The notes beneath the pieces were generated by a model that had not been told where the DNA came from, did not search any database, and saw nothing but the letters and a program-made list of their open reading frames with translations. DNA of 64,000 nucleotides, taken from assembly GCA_016618085.1 (NCBI GenBank), contig JABLTG010000029.1, positions 1 to 64,000 on the forward strand, written 5' to 3'. Every line of letters starts with the position of its first letter. Position 1 is the first letter of the stretch. The position numbers and the translations under genes are program-made. Origin of the DNA: Neovahlkampfia damariscottae (Eukaryota). Below are positions 13,723-28,449 of the stretch, piece by piece.

Positions 13723-14368
13723 AAAAGTATTTTTTGTTTCGACTCAAATTATTCTTTTCATTCTATTGTTAGAATAGAATTTATACTCATTTTTCTTTTT
13801 TTTATTCTCCGCCACAAGGTCAAACAATGAACCAATAGAATTATTTTCTGTTAACAAACAACAGTGTTTGTGAAAGAAGTTGAGACTGAAGGATTTACAT
13901 ATGAAAAAAGAAATTGAAGTCTTGTTGATGCAACAAATCCTTCAAAAGAGTGTTAAAAAAAAGAAAAATAGAAAATTAACAATGTTCTCTGATGGAAAAA
14001 ATAAAATAATTGTCATTCCCGACATTATCAACTAAAATGTTTGTGACAAAAAGTTTGAACAACAAAAAAATTGAAATTTTACCCCAGGTTGACTGGAAAA
14101 TTTGAATGCATTAAAATAATAATAGGTGACCTTGAATCTAAATCCAGTCGAAGTTAGTTTTCAATTTTAGAAATGAAAAAGTCAGAATTCAATTTTTGAA
14201 ATGAAAAGTGAGATTGATAGTTCAATTTCCAATTTCCTTTCCAAAATTGATTTTATCTTAAAATAGATTAGAAAGGTTGTTTGGTTGGCCAATTTTGTTT
14301 GAAGGTTCAAACATTTTAGTATTTCTAATGTGTCCACCAATCAGAGAGATCAGAATTCAATTTTTCAC

Positions 14369-17300
14369 ATGCGTTTACAAATACTTTTGCTCATTGTTTT
14401 GATATCATTGTCAAAGCAAACTATCATCTCAATAGGTGATAACAAAGGTTATCAGTACGGAACTGGTAACAACACCATACACTCACAACCAACTTTAACA
14501 AACTTACAATTCAAGTAAAAAATGCGTTTGTCAGTTAACATTTTCAAGGAAAATTGTCCATGGAAATACTCATGTGCTTGCAATTTCAACCACAAATGAA
14601 GTTTAGTAAGAAAATGAATGATTTTTCTAAAATTTAAAGTGCCTTCGGTTCAACTGACAAAGGAGCTTTGGCTGGAAATAAAAGTTCAAGAGTTTTACAT
14701 ACACCGACCTTGATGGCATTTGAAAGTTCAGCATGCCCATTAAATTTGGCTCGAGGTCAGAAACTTTTTTTTTTTTTAATGGTGAAATAGATATTGCTGT
14801 CACTAGCCAAGGTTCATTAGTATTATGCAAAAATGCTTCTTTAAATGGTAATTATTCAATAATGGGTACTGGAGATAACATATTGGCCTCTGTTTCACCT
14901 GTAGAACGATTTAACATTCAAAATATCACTGTATTCACAGCATTTCAACTTGGAACTGGAAAAAAACCTTTATCATTAATTTGTGGTTATTCAAATTGTT
15001 TTGCAATTGATAATTCAAAAACACAATTTTGGGCATGGTATAAAGTTACATTTTTTTTTTTACATATTTCCAATTAGGGGTGGAAATGAAAAAAATTCAC
15101 TTTGTAACTTTAAAGGAATGAAACAAAAACCTTTCAGATTCAATATGAACTCAACTATTACTCAAATTGCACCTGGATTCCAGCACACTCTGTTTCTAAT
15201 GGAAAGTGGATTCGTTTATTCATGTGGTTCAAATGGTAAAAAAATATCATTTTTCTAAATACCTTTCCAGAAACTGGAGAAAATGGAAGAACTGGAGATG
15301 GTTCTTTTCCTCAAATTTTATTTGGCGTCACTGATATTGTAAATATTTATGCAAATAATGGAGCTTCTTATTTGTTAAATTCGAAAGGTGATTTTTATTC
15401 ATTTGGAGCTGCTTCAAGTGGTAATTTTTTTTTACAAAATAATTAAATTCTATTTTTCAGATGCTATTGGAATCAACACAACTTCAAATTTAGAATTTCC
15501 TGCTATTTTGGCACAAAATATTTCCAAAGTTGGAATTATGTCAAATTCGGTTCTATTGTGGACCAAAAATGGAGTAATTCAATTTTTTTTTAAAGTTTTT
15601 AGTTTTTAGTTTCCTTTGGCCGGAATGATGAATATCAACTTGGTGATGGAACAAACGAATCACCAAAGTTAACACCAGCAGCTAGAACAATTGTAAATAC
15701 AACTCTTGCCAACAAAAAAATTGAAGAATTTTTCGTTTCAACTTCAAAAACAATTCATTTTAGAGTGACAAACTTAACTTGCTTTGGATTAGAATATGAT
15801 TCAAAATCAGTTTGTGGAGGAAATGGAACTTGTGAACGCTTGGACACTTGCTCATGTAAAAATGGATATTTAGGAGCTCAATGTACAGAAATAAGTTGTT
15901 CAGGAATAAGTTCTTCAAATCCTTCAGTTTGTTCAGGAAATGGAAATTGCATTGCTCCAAATACTTGTAAATGCCAGAGAGGATTTGAAGGAATTGATTG
16001 TCTACAAAGAAATGCAATTTGGGATTTAATTTCAACAAATTGTGGTTCTGGATGCTCTTTGAACAAAACATTTTGGGAAAATTGTTTATTAGATGAAGGA
16101 TCAACTTGTTACTGTAATTTTTCATCTCCAAACGTACAATTCACTTGTTCAAATTCCCAACAAGTAACTGAAATGTAAGAAGAACAACAACTAATTATAA
16201 TCAAAGTGTTATGAACAATGTTGGATTGAATGGAACAATTTCTGATCTCAGAAATTACAAACAATTAAAAAAATTGTAAATTTTATTTTTTTTGACTTTT
16301 AAATAGAGACTTATCTGGAAATGATTTGATATACCCAAAAATTGAAAATTTCTTGTTTTACTCAATTGAAGAGATTCTGCTCAATAATATTTCAAATGGT
16401 CAACCTGCTTCAATTTTTGAATTCGATAAAAACTTATTTCCAAATTTGACTGAAATATCGTTGGAGGGAAATTCACTTTGTGGACCATTTCCTTTATCAT
16501 GGAAATCAATCAGTGTAAATTTGAAAAATCATTCAAAAACACTTTGGTGTGAAGAATCAATGAATGATGCTTGCAGTAACTATTTAATAACATTTTAACC
16601 AAAATTTTAAAGGTTTATTGAAATTTCAAAATGAATACTTCATTAGTTATGAAAATGATTCAAAAGTTATTCTAAATTTTACAAATTCATGTGCAATTGA
16701 TCACTCAAAATTGAAAATTGGAAATTCCCAAAATTCAGATTTTTCAAACGCAACAATCTCTCAAAATTCAATTAGCTATTCAATTGTTGATTTAAAGAAC
16801 ATTAGAAGCCATATTTTTCTTTCTTTTCAAAACCAAAGAATATCTCAAAATATTTCAATCTTTAGAGTTTACCCACAATTTATCAATTATTTGAATGGGA
16901 CAACAACAGGAATATTTGGAAAAAATTTAACTGCTCAAATCAAATTGGAAAAAGGAATTGCTTTGGAAATTCAAAATCTGATAAAATGTTCATCTGAAAA
17001 TACAACTGGAATAATCAAATCAATGAATCGTGATGATGCTGTTGAATGTGAAATAAATCTCACCAAAGACAACTCAGTTCATTCAGGTGGTTTAATCGAT
17101 TTATCTTTTTCAAATGCACAACTCAGTGCATCACCCCTTTATGTTGTGTTATTTGAACCAAAGGGTTTCAACTTATCCTCATCATTAGGTTATTCAAATT
17201 ATCCAAATGAAATTAAGATTCAAACTGATATGGATATTGCGAGGTTCACAAGACATGAAATTGTTTTAATTGCAAATGAAACAACAATCATACCAAATGA

Positions 17301-20300
17301 ACCTTTAATAGTCACTAGTCCAATCATTGAAGGTTATTTATCTTTTTCAACAAAGAATTATTTCAAATCAATTTATAAAAGTGGTCAATACTGGGATGCA
17401 TTTCCAACTATCAACCCAACTCATGTAACGACATTTGGAATTCATTCCAACAATGGAGATATCAATAATTCACCGTATTTAGTATTCAGATTAAATTTCA
17501 ATGATTCTGGAGATTATTTCTTATTCCATGATTCAAATGTTGTTTCTGGTGATGTGAAATTTTATGTTGGATTGGATGCAAGTAATGCAACTGAAGTAAT
17601 TGCAACTGAAGCAACAACAGGATTTTTTCCTTCTGGAAATCAAAAAGAGAAAGCTCCAAAGGTTTACATTCCAAACAAAGGAATCAATTATTTGAATTTC
17701 TGGAAAGGAAATGGCTCAATTGAAATCAAAAGAATTACTCTATTCAAAACAGATTCACAAAGTGCTCTCAATTTATTAGAAGGAGAAACTGTTTTGAGCA
17801 ATTATGATAATTTTAACGCTCTGATAAATATAAAACAAGCAGGTGTTTCAAAAGTTGATTTGGTTTGGAGAAATTCTCAAAATTTTGCTGATGTTTTGGA
17901 TATCTCATCGAATTCATTGAAATATTCAACAGTTGAAATAGCTCCAATATTTGGTTCACATCCACATGGTGCAATTGTAAATGATAATTTCACATTAACC
18001 ATTTATTCAAATGTTTCTTCATCAGAATACAATGGGTTGGTAAAATTTTACTGTAAATCTGGTAATTCAACATTTGAAGCTTCTCATAATTTTGGGAACA
18101 TTCAATGCTACTTGAATTTTGATAATTCAACACAATACACTGATATTACAGTTATTGCAAAGCATACAATCACAAATGAAGAACTTGTAGTTTCTACTGA
18201 ATCTGTTAGAGTTTATCTTTATGAGCACATTGAACAACCAAGAATTACTCCATTAGCAAATAGTAATCTCATCAATTCATCAAAAATTACAATATTAACT
18301 TCAAATGATTTACCAATTGAATTTTCAAGAATTTACTGCAAACACATTATTGATTCTGATGAAATTATGTATTATAAAGCTGTTAGAGTGGATTCAAGAA
18401 GAGCAAGTTGTCAAATTGTTATTCCAAGAATCAAACAAGTAAATATTGAACAATCTTTCATTGGAATATGGGTAAACACAAGTACAAATTTTGGAAACTC
18501 TGGATTTTATTTAACAAAACAAAATTTAAGCCACTTAGTTATTCATGAACCAATTTCAACTGATCTTTCAAATGTCATTTTTGGAAATCAATTTCCAGTT
18601 CAATTTTTGTTGAACATGACAAAAATAGATACTCCTTATACTTTCAATATTTCCATTGGTGGAAATTCAACTGTTTATCAAGATACAAATTGTACTTCAA
18701 CAGAAAATTGTCAGTTGAAAGAAATTAAAGTTTCAGAAATTCCAGCAATTATTCATGTTAATTTACAAATTAGAGATGGATTTTCAGAAGTTAATTTTAA
18801 AAGTGAATATCATTATTATGTTCAAAATATGACATTAAAAACAAGAAGTCCAGATCCATTTATACTTGACCCTTATAAAAGAGGAAGATCAGTTGGTTTT
18901 TTCAGTGATGAAAAATTCAATGAAGATTTTGAATTCTATTGTATTGATCACAGATTTCCAAAAACGTTCAAAGCCTATATTGGAAATGGAGTTGCTATTT
19001 GTGTTACAGATGGAAGAGATAGCGTTGAAGTGATGAATTTAGAAGTATTGATCAAATCTGATATTTCAGAATTAAACAATTCAGTTGTTGTTCCAATAGT
19101 TCCTGTTAACTTTGAAGCATTAAGATTATCACCTGTTTATATTGAAAAATCAGACAATGTCACATTTACTATTCTCAAGAATGATACTACAAACTTTATA
19201 GTTCCCCTCAAATACAGATCAGAAAACTATCACCTGAGATCGTATATCGTTGACACATGGCCAGAGATTCAATTAACTGGGCCACCAACTTCTCGTTTTT
19301 GTGTGTTGAATGATACTCAAACTACTTGCACAAATGGATTGACAATTGATGATTTTTCAACAAAAGATGTTTATTACATTTATTTTACTCTTAAGAAAAA
19401 CAGAGAAAAGCCATTCAAAAGTTATGTTGACATCAGAACACCTGTATTAGTTTATAAATCAATAGATATGGATGTTTATCCTCATGGATCATTGCTTGGA
19501 ACAAATTTGAGTTTCATTGTGCACTTTGTCAGTAGTACGTTAAGTATTGATTCAAGAATCACTGATATTGAATATTATTGTAATGTTGCTCAAAATAATC
19601 AATTTTATGCTGCTGAAAAAATAGATGAAACAAAAATGAACTGCTCAATACCATATTTAGGTTTGAATGAATTACAAATATCTCCTTATATCCGCATTCC
19701 AAAAATATCAAATGATTTCATATTGGTATCACAAAATATCTCAACTGTTGTTTATATTAATCAAACTATTTTGTCGTTTAAATATCCAACAAAACCACTT
19801 TACTATACAAATCAAAAGACTGAAATTATTTCATTTGAAATCACAACCGAATTGCCAACAAATTTATTCCAACATTTGAAATGTAGTTTGGATACCAATG
19901 AGCAATATGAGTCAACTATTGAATTGGCATCTACAATTGGAAATAATACATATGTTTTTAATTGTACTATCAAAAAAAGTTCACCAGGAAGATTCTCAGC
20001 TTTCATTGGATATGTAGAAGGAAATGAAAAATTTTCATTATCATCAAATACAATTGATTTTGTTTTCACAGGAAAGTATACATTCACTGGATTATCACCT
20101 GCTGTTGGTGTTACCAATACAACTAATGAATTAAGAATCATATCCACTTTTCCTTCAAATAATTATGGAAATGTTGAATTTATCACTAAATTTGGTTTTT
20201 CATCTGATCCATATCACAATCAAACAATTCAAACAAATTATACTTCAAATGGAGCTAATTTTGATTTCAACACTCAATTATTTATTGAATATCCAAATAT

Positions 20301-23300
20301 CTATGTAATTTCAATGTTTATAAAGGCATTTGGAAAAGAACTTGAAGTGCTTCCTCCAGTAATTTACAAAATAATTGATTCAAATTTTTTCACTCCAAAT
20401 CATGGACTTATTTCAGGAGGGGAAATGGTTAAAATTTTACAACCAAAATCTGGGAATACAGAAATTGTTATTGGAAATGCTTTTAATGTTGATCACTTTT
20501 TCAATTGTACATTCATCAGTTCACAACTTGTTTGTATCACACCTACTTTCAATTCAACATTTCCTGCTTTTAAATCTTATCCATTATTCTATCACGAAAA
20601 TGGAGAAATTTTGAGTGCTAGATTTATTTTATATGGTAAATTTGAATTTATTTCTTTTTAACTTTGTTCAACAGAAAAAAGGAAAATCATTTCAGTTCAT
20701 CCAACAATTATTCCATTTTCAACTAAAAATCCAAAGTTTTCTTTGAACATTACAATTGATAAAGCAGCTGAATTTCAAGAAGGTTCATTGATTATTAAAT
20801 TAGTTAACGTTGGAAATGTGAAAGATATTGAATATGGTGAATTGAACAATTCAATCATCCAAACAAATGAATTGAATTTTGATAATGTTGTTGTTTCAGA
20901 TTATGAAGTTAAATTGAATTATAAGAATACTGAATCTCTTGCGTTCAATGAACAATTTACTTTCACAGAAAATTCAAAGAATTTAACATTTGTAGATGTT
21001 GATTCAACAATTTCATTCACAGCTTGCAAAAATATTTTTAATGTGAATGAAACGAATTCAATTGAATTGGTTAGAAATTCTCCGATTAATTCAAAATTGT
21101 CTTCCTTTGTCAAATGCAAATTAGGAAACAAATTACTTCCAACAATGAAAATTTCAGATACAAGATTCATTTGTAATGTTTCATCCATATTTGCTGGTGT
21201 TAATCAAATTTCACTTTGGTATGTCAACTCAGATGCATTGAACAATGAGATGTTGATTTCACCAAACTCATTAACTGTTGTTTTTGTCGATAAAATTGAA
21301 ATCATTTCAATAAGTCCATCAACAAGTATTATTGGAACACCAACTGTAGTTACTCTCTCCACAAATTTCTATGAAGATATTTATCAAGGAAATGTGAGTT
21401 ACAGATGCAAATATTCAGAGGAATTTTCAGTTCCAACACTCCAAGGAAATGGGAAATTTTCATGCACAGTTCAAACAATACTTCAAACAGCAAGAACGGA
21501 AAAAATATTACTCCAATTGAAATCTAATGATTGTGATGAATGGATTGATTTTTCAAAGAACTCAATTGATTATACTCTCAGAAAGGAAGTTAAAATTATT
21601 GATGTCAATCCATTTTCAAAAAAATACACAATAGTTGAAACAACTTTTGATTTTCAAGTGGCACTTCAACTTGATTTTGGTAGTTCTGTTGTCAATGAAA
21701 AGGGGTTGTTTTGCAAATACAATGCAACAGTTGATTCATTTCATTTTTCTGAGACTATTGTTGAAGGAAAATATGTTAAATGCAACATTTCAAAATCAAA
21801 TTTAACAAACCCAATTGAAAATATTCATGTCAGTTTAGCTTTAAAGACATCACAAAATTCAACAAATGAACTATCAAATCGGATAAAATTTGTGTTTTTC
21901 AAAGAACCTTTATCAATGAATTTTACAATTTTTAATCCACAAACACAAAATTTTGAAATTGATTTGCCAAATTTTGATCCAGGATTTGACTACAAATTAG
22001 TATTTGATGAATTTGGAACAACAACAAACAACCTAGCTTTTAGTTGTTCAAAGTCAGGTAAACTTATTTGCAAGCCAGTTTTCAATCAATTAATGGAAGT
22101 TTTTCAACCTTCAACGTTTAACCTTCAACTTTTTGTCGCTCAAAACTACCAATCTCTTTTATTGAATATGTTTCCAGTTGTATATTACAGACAAGATATC
22201 AAAATCATATCAGTTACTCCTTTTATTGCTTCATATTTGACAAATTCAAAAATACCAGTTGATCTTACTTTGTTGATTGATCACAAATTGAATTCAAATT
22301 TCAAATATGTTTGTTTAGACTCATTTTCCAAAAGGGTTTTATCATCAGTATCTAGGATATCATATCCAACTGGAAATCAAACTTTTGTTTCATGTAAAAT
22401 TAAAGGAAATGGTAAAACTGAAAAAATTGACCTCACAGTTGCAATGATATACAACGGAACAAATTATGAAATGACAACAAAAGGGACATTTCAATTTATC
22501 GAAAAAATTGACATAGATAATTTCTATGGCTTCAAAAGTGGATTGACAAAGCTTTCTTTCAATTTTCCAACTGCTCTTCCAACAGCTTACAAAAATGATT
22601 ATGAAATTTCATTCAAATATCTTGATTTTTCGACATTGAAAGATTTGGATTGTAAACACAATTTGATCACTGGAAAATATGATTGCATAACTCCTGCTAT
22701 TTCATATCCAACAAATGTTCAATTTTCAATTTACATTGATGGAAAATTCTCAATAGCATTAAACCCTCATTTCAAATATGTTCCAGTTCCATCTATTTCA
22801 AAGGTAATTCCATCACGCTTGGTTGATATTTTTTCAACTGGAAAAACAATTAAACTTCAAAGTTCATCGTTTGTTGGAAATGTTCAAAGATCACAATACA
22901 AAATTCAATACGTAGAATTGAATGAAATTGAAGATTGTTTGATGAATGAAGTTCATGAAATCAGTTGTCCTATATCAAAAGCAACAACTAATGTTGGAAA
23001 TGAAATAACAATGAAATTATCGATTGATGGTGAAAATTTTGAACAAATTGACAAGAAATTATATCTTTACACCAATGATGTAAATAGTGATAAATCTATT
23101 TTACTAAGTCCAAGCTCATTAACTCCTTCAATTGTTCAAAGTTCAAATCAAACAAATATTACCATTCAAATGGATATTCCAAAGACAATTGTTTTACCAA
23201 TTCAAAATGCATTTGTCAGATTTCAAGGAAAATATACAACTATTGTTGTAGTTGGATTGATTGAAAATGATAAAATTATTTGTGAAGTTCCCAGTTTTGC

Positions 23301-26300
23301 AAAATCAGATTTAACTTATCCATTGAATTTATTGGTTGATGTTTCACTGGATGGTGTTCAATTCTTTGGACAAAAACAAACTATCCAAATTGCTCCATTT
23401 GAAAAGGTTGATTTTATTCCAAAGTCTTTTACTCAAAATGAAAGAATTAGATTTTCATTTCATCAATTTCCATATTTAAAATTGACAGAAAATGAAGTTC
23501 TTTTCATGAAATTAAAATCAAATTTGAAGACAATTGAATTTAATTGCTCAACTGGTATGTCGATATGTGATTCGTCAGAATATGATTTACCTCTTGGGAA
23601 TGATGCTTATTCAGTTGAATTATATGTGAAAAAGGAATTTGAAGAATCAAGAATTTATGTTCCATTGACCAAAGAGAAGATATCAGTTTATCCAAAACCA
23701 ATAATCAATTTTCAAAAAAAGAGACTTTCTAGAGAAATGAAAAATATGGTATGCATCACAGGAACAGGTATCTCACATATGAAAGAAAGTATTAAAATAC
23801 GTGGATATTTTGAAGGAAATTACATATCTGCAAAAGTTGTTGTTCAAAATGATCGAATTGGATTCATTTTTCCAAGAATAAATAAACCAATTAAAAGATC
23901 AATCACAGGAGGAAATCAATTAGAAATTTCATATTCTGGAATTAATTTTGAAGTATTTGCTCAAAATATTGAGTTGATAGATTCATTTTCATTCAATCAA
24001 ATTGCAATATTGAATCCTTATATTACAGGAAATACATTTTCATTTCAAAATACAACATTAAATTTACTTGGAACAAATTTAAATGGATCTCTAATCATTA
24101 AAATAACAAATCAGTTATTTTCATATTCAACATCACTTGTGAATTATGAGAGTTCAAGAATTGAAGTTATTATTCCGGAATTTAAATTTTATTCACCAAT
24201 TTATCCATTTTCATTTCCTGTTTCTGCAACAATGGGAATTTCAAAAGATGATGGAAATGATTTTGAAACCCAACCACTCACTATTACAGATAAATTTTCA
24301 AATATCTTCCTAGTGGGAATACTTCCAACTTTAGGGAGTAGAATCTCAAGAAATATCACAATGAAAGGTGCCAATTTTGGATTTGTAGTTCAATGTGAAA
24401 TCAAAGATAAAAACTCAAATCTCTTGAAGAGAGTTGATATTATCAACACAGGTGAAGAAATATTTTGTCCATTTGAATATCAATCATCATTTAATTTACA
24501 TGATGAAATATACTTCAATCTGTTAAGTAAATTTAATGACACATCCGATGCTCAAAAATTTAGTTTGGTTCAAGATCCATTTCCAAAAGACATATTTCCT
24601 TCATCAGGTCCTGCAGCAGGAAATTATACTTCATTAGTTACAGGAAATTTTGACACAAGATTTGAATCCATGTTTTTGAGAGTAGCTTCTGTTACAGCAA
24701 TTGACACTTGTAAAATTTTGAATTCAACTGCTTTGGAATGCAGAGTAATTGCTCATGCTGACTCAAGTGAAAAATTTGAATTGTCATACAACAGAATTGA
24801 ATGGTATGCAACAGCTTCAAATTTCACCTATTTGCCTTGTGAACCGGGTTATGGTACATCATCATACAGTGAACCTTGTAGTTTGTGTCAACCTGGTCAA
24901 TTTAAGGCATCAAGGGATATTGAAGTTTGTACAAATTGTCCGGCAAATACATACTCAGAAAATTACGGGTCAACAAATTGCACTTCTTGTCCAAACAAAA
25001 TGAAGTCACCAGGAACAACAACAGGATTGAAAAGTTCATCACAATGCGTTTGTGTTAATAATACAATGGTTCATCCAACTACTGGAATTTGTGTTGATTG
25101 TCCTACTGGAGCCATTTGTTCTCCTGAAAATGTAACATTCCCAAAATCACAAAAAGGATGGTGGTTTAGTAGAGAAAATATTACTATATTTTATCAATGT
25201 AACCCTACTGAAAGATGTCTCCCTGATTCGCCAGATAATTGTACAATAGGTTATGAAGGTTTAAGATGTGGAAGATGTGCTGATGGATATTACAAATCAA
25301 AACTTGTTTGTAAGGAATGTAATGAAAGAGCAATCACATTCATTACTTTGGCTGCCGCAATTTGCATTGCTATTATGATCATGCTGATTGCTGCTTTCTT
25401 TGTTATTCTAACATCAACAAAAATATCACAAATGACTTCCATTTCAATTACATTTGGTTATTGGCAAATTATTTCAACATTTACTGTTTTAGATATAAAA
25501 TGGCCAACATTAGTTGAAGGAACTTTATCTGCTGCATCTGCAACAAATTTCAATTTTGATTTTCTTGCACCTGAATGTATATTTAGAATTTTTGGGTTAC
25601 AATTTAATTACTATTGGGTTTATTTTTCACAAATTTCAATGCCATTCATATTTTTAATTGCTTTCATTGTTATTTATTTCATTTCTGTCATTAGATCTTT
25701 ATTTGCTTCTACTATTGGTTATAGAATTGCTAAATGTTTGAGAATGAAATTCAAAAGACCGTATGCTTCAGATGAAGAAGATGAAGATGAGTATGTCAAA
25801 CCATCAAAGATTGTAACATTTTTGAAATCAACACTTAGAAAAATTGGAAATGTATTCATCTGGATTAGAAATTTTATAGTTTGGTGCATTAGACAAAAAT
25901 CAACATTAACGGAATTAAGAAGATTTATGAACAAGATTATTGGTGCTTATTTTTCATTTATTTCATTTTTCTTCTTGAGAATTATGACAACTTCATTTTC
26001 AATATTTGGTTGTGATTGGCAACCAAATGGAACATATACTTTAAAAGAAAGTCCTGATATTACATGTTATCGTGGTTATTGGTTTATTTTCTTACCACTT
26101 TCAGTTATTTCAATCATTTTATTTGGTATTGGTGCTATTCTTTACTTTTTGATTTTAATTTTACGCTACAAAAAATTAGAAAACAATGAAACATTTTTAT
26201 CAATTAATGGTTTCAGTTTATCAAAATATAAAAAGAAATATTTCTTTTGGGATTTATTTGATTCAATTAGAAAAGCTTCATTTTCAGTATTGACAGTTTT

Positions 26301-27177
26301 TGTACCACCAATGGCATTGATTACAATTGGAATTGGAATTGTCTTTTCAGGAATGCTTTTACATACTAATTTCATACCTTATCGTAAAAAATTCCATAAT
26401 TTAATGGAATATTTCATTTTAATGTCAACTTTATTAACTCTATTTGCTGGATTATTATTATTCGTCGTTGGAAGAGATGGAGGTGCCAAAAACTTGGTGA
26501 TTGATATTGGATTACAAAAATTGTTGAATGTTGTTCTTCCAATATTGACTGTGGTTTTAATTATTGGAAGTAATTTTGTTGTTATTTCAATGTTCATTTT
26601 TGATGTTTTCATTCGTAGATCAAAAGCAAAAAAGAAAATGAAATTGAAAAGAAAAATTAAAGAACAAGAGCTTTTAAAAAAACAAAAACTTGAAAGTGTC
26701 TTAGATGATTTACATGGCAATGTTGCAATGCATAATGATGAGATGGTGCCTTGGGAAACTGAACATGATTTTATTTTTACAATTCTATTTGAACAAGATT
26801 CAGATGTTGAAGATACTTCAAAATCAATCAACGAAATATTAGAAGATATATTCTCCTATCAAAGAGCAAAAAGAAATGTTTTAGATTTTGGTGAAAATGT
26901 GAAAAACAAAGGATTAAAATTTGCAAAAAAATTAAAAATTGAAGAATCAAGATTTGAAGCACTGTCACCACTCAATTCACCAAGAGGTATAAAGAAAAAG
27001 CTCACACCAGAAAAGAAAATCATGAAAATGCCAAATGGTTTTTTGATAAAAAGTGAATACAGAGGAAATGTCAGACATATTGGAACTTCAGATGGTTACC
27101 ATCGAAATAGATTTGCAATTGATAGCACAAGAATAAAAGAAGTTAAAGAAGTTAAAGAAGTTATTGAAATTGAATAA
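14369..27177 (+). CDS. Giant multi-pass surface protein A (~4,100 aa): signal peptide, degenerate RCC1 repeats, 2 EGF, short LRR, beta-sandwich/TIG-like stalk, Cys-rich repeats, ~9 TM
   Basis: MRLQILLLIVLISL signal; RCC1-like GFQHTLFL..GFVYSCGSN and FGRNDEYQLGDG; EGF CGGNGTC..CSCKNGYLGAQC; LRR LDLSGNDL and ISLEGNSLCGPFP; CQPGQFK/CPANTYS repeats; hydrophobic helices at ~25330-26610. About 11 short GT-AG introns link the ORFs (e.g. 20636-20674). Confidence 0.85.
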
Positions 27178-27187
27178 ATTTTAATTT

Positions 27188-28368
27188 TTAGTTAATCAAA
27201 AATTTCAGACACTCTTTGGCTGTCATTTCAACATTTTTTTGGTCCATTGAATTCATCACAAAAATATGAAACAAATCATCATTTTTTGATTTTAATTTTG
27301 AAGAATACAATTGTTTAATGAACTGAATTCCATCATTTTCATCATTCTCTTTTCCTTGATATTCTTTGAAATAATTTTTCAAATTTTTTTTTTTGATTTT
27401 TTGCTTATAAATATCAAATTTATTTAAAATCAAAATGACATGCTTGTTTTCCATATCTTTAGAATTGATTCTCTTTTCAAATTCTTCCAAACTTTCTTCC
27501 ATTCTATTGGTCATGTCATCTTCATAACAAAGCTGATCAAATTCACTTAAAGAGGCAACATAAATAATTGTGTCAACGCTTTTAATGTATTTTTGCCATT
27601 TAACTCTTTCATTTCTAAAGAATGATCAAATTGTGATTTGATGTTTACCTCTGACCTCCACAATCAATAAATGTCAATTTGTATCTATTTTTCTGTAAAA
27701 TTGTCGAATGTTCATAAATAGCAAATCCAGTGGTTTTAATTTGTAATTTGAGTATATCTTCATCTGTTATTTTAAAATCTTTCAATTTTAATGGGTTAAT
27801 TCGATGAACAAAACTATTGAAAGTTGTGTTAAAATATTTTCTCAAAAGTTCACTAATTTGAGTATTCAAAAATATGATAAGACAATGCTGCAACATCATA
27901 ATATTTAATGACAGCTCTGTCTTTCCAAAAGTTTAACAATTCATTCGGAAACTTTTCATAAACTCTTTTTCCATCAAGTTTAATAATTAAATTGTTCATT
28001 TCTATGAATTTCTTTATTTTTTCAAAATCCATCTTTATGAGTAAAAAAAATATTTTCCTGGATATACCTTCGTTGAATCTTTGTCAAATTCAATATTCTC
28101 TTCTTCAAAATAATCTCCAATGCCCAGTAAATTTTCAACCAGAGTACCACATATCAATTTAAACGTATGTTCAGAATCTTCAATTTTGTTTATTTTTTCA
28201 TGTGTTAATAACTTTATTTGTTTGAAAAGAGTGCTTTTTCCTGATTGTCCAGTTCCTTTGTATCGTTAAATTCTGTTTTTTTCTACCAATAATCATCATT
28301 TTGTGTTCAGAAATTGAAGTACTTCTGCTTCTTCCCTTTGGTGTGGTTTTGTCTTCATTATTGCCCAT
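27188..28368 (-). CDS. Divergent heterotrimeric G-protein alpha subunit (~346 aa, 5 exons)
   Basis: MGNN (Gly2), GTGQSGKSTLFKQ, KTTG, DCGGQRNERVKW, YVASLSEFDQLCYED..NRMEESL, LNKFD. Introns 28256-28286, 28033-28067, 27814-27853 and 27615-27648 give one continuous frame. Confidence 0.92.
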
Positions 28369-28449
28369 TTTGTTGTTTCAAAAAAAACAGAACACGTAAG
28401 AGAATATGATTGGATAAAAAACCGGACCAATAAAATTCTTCCAGAACTT

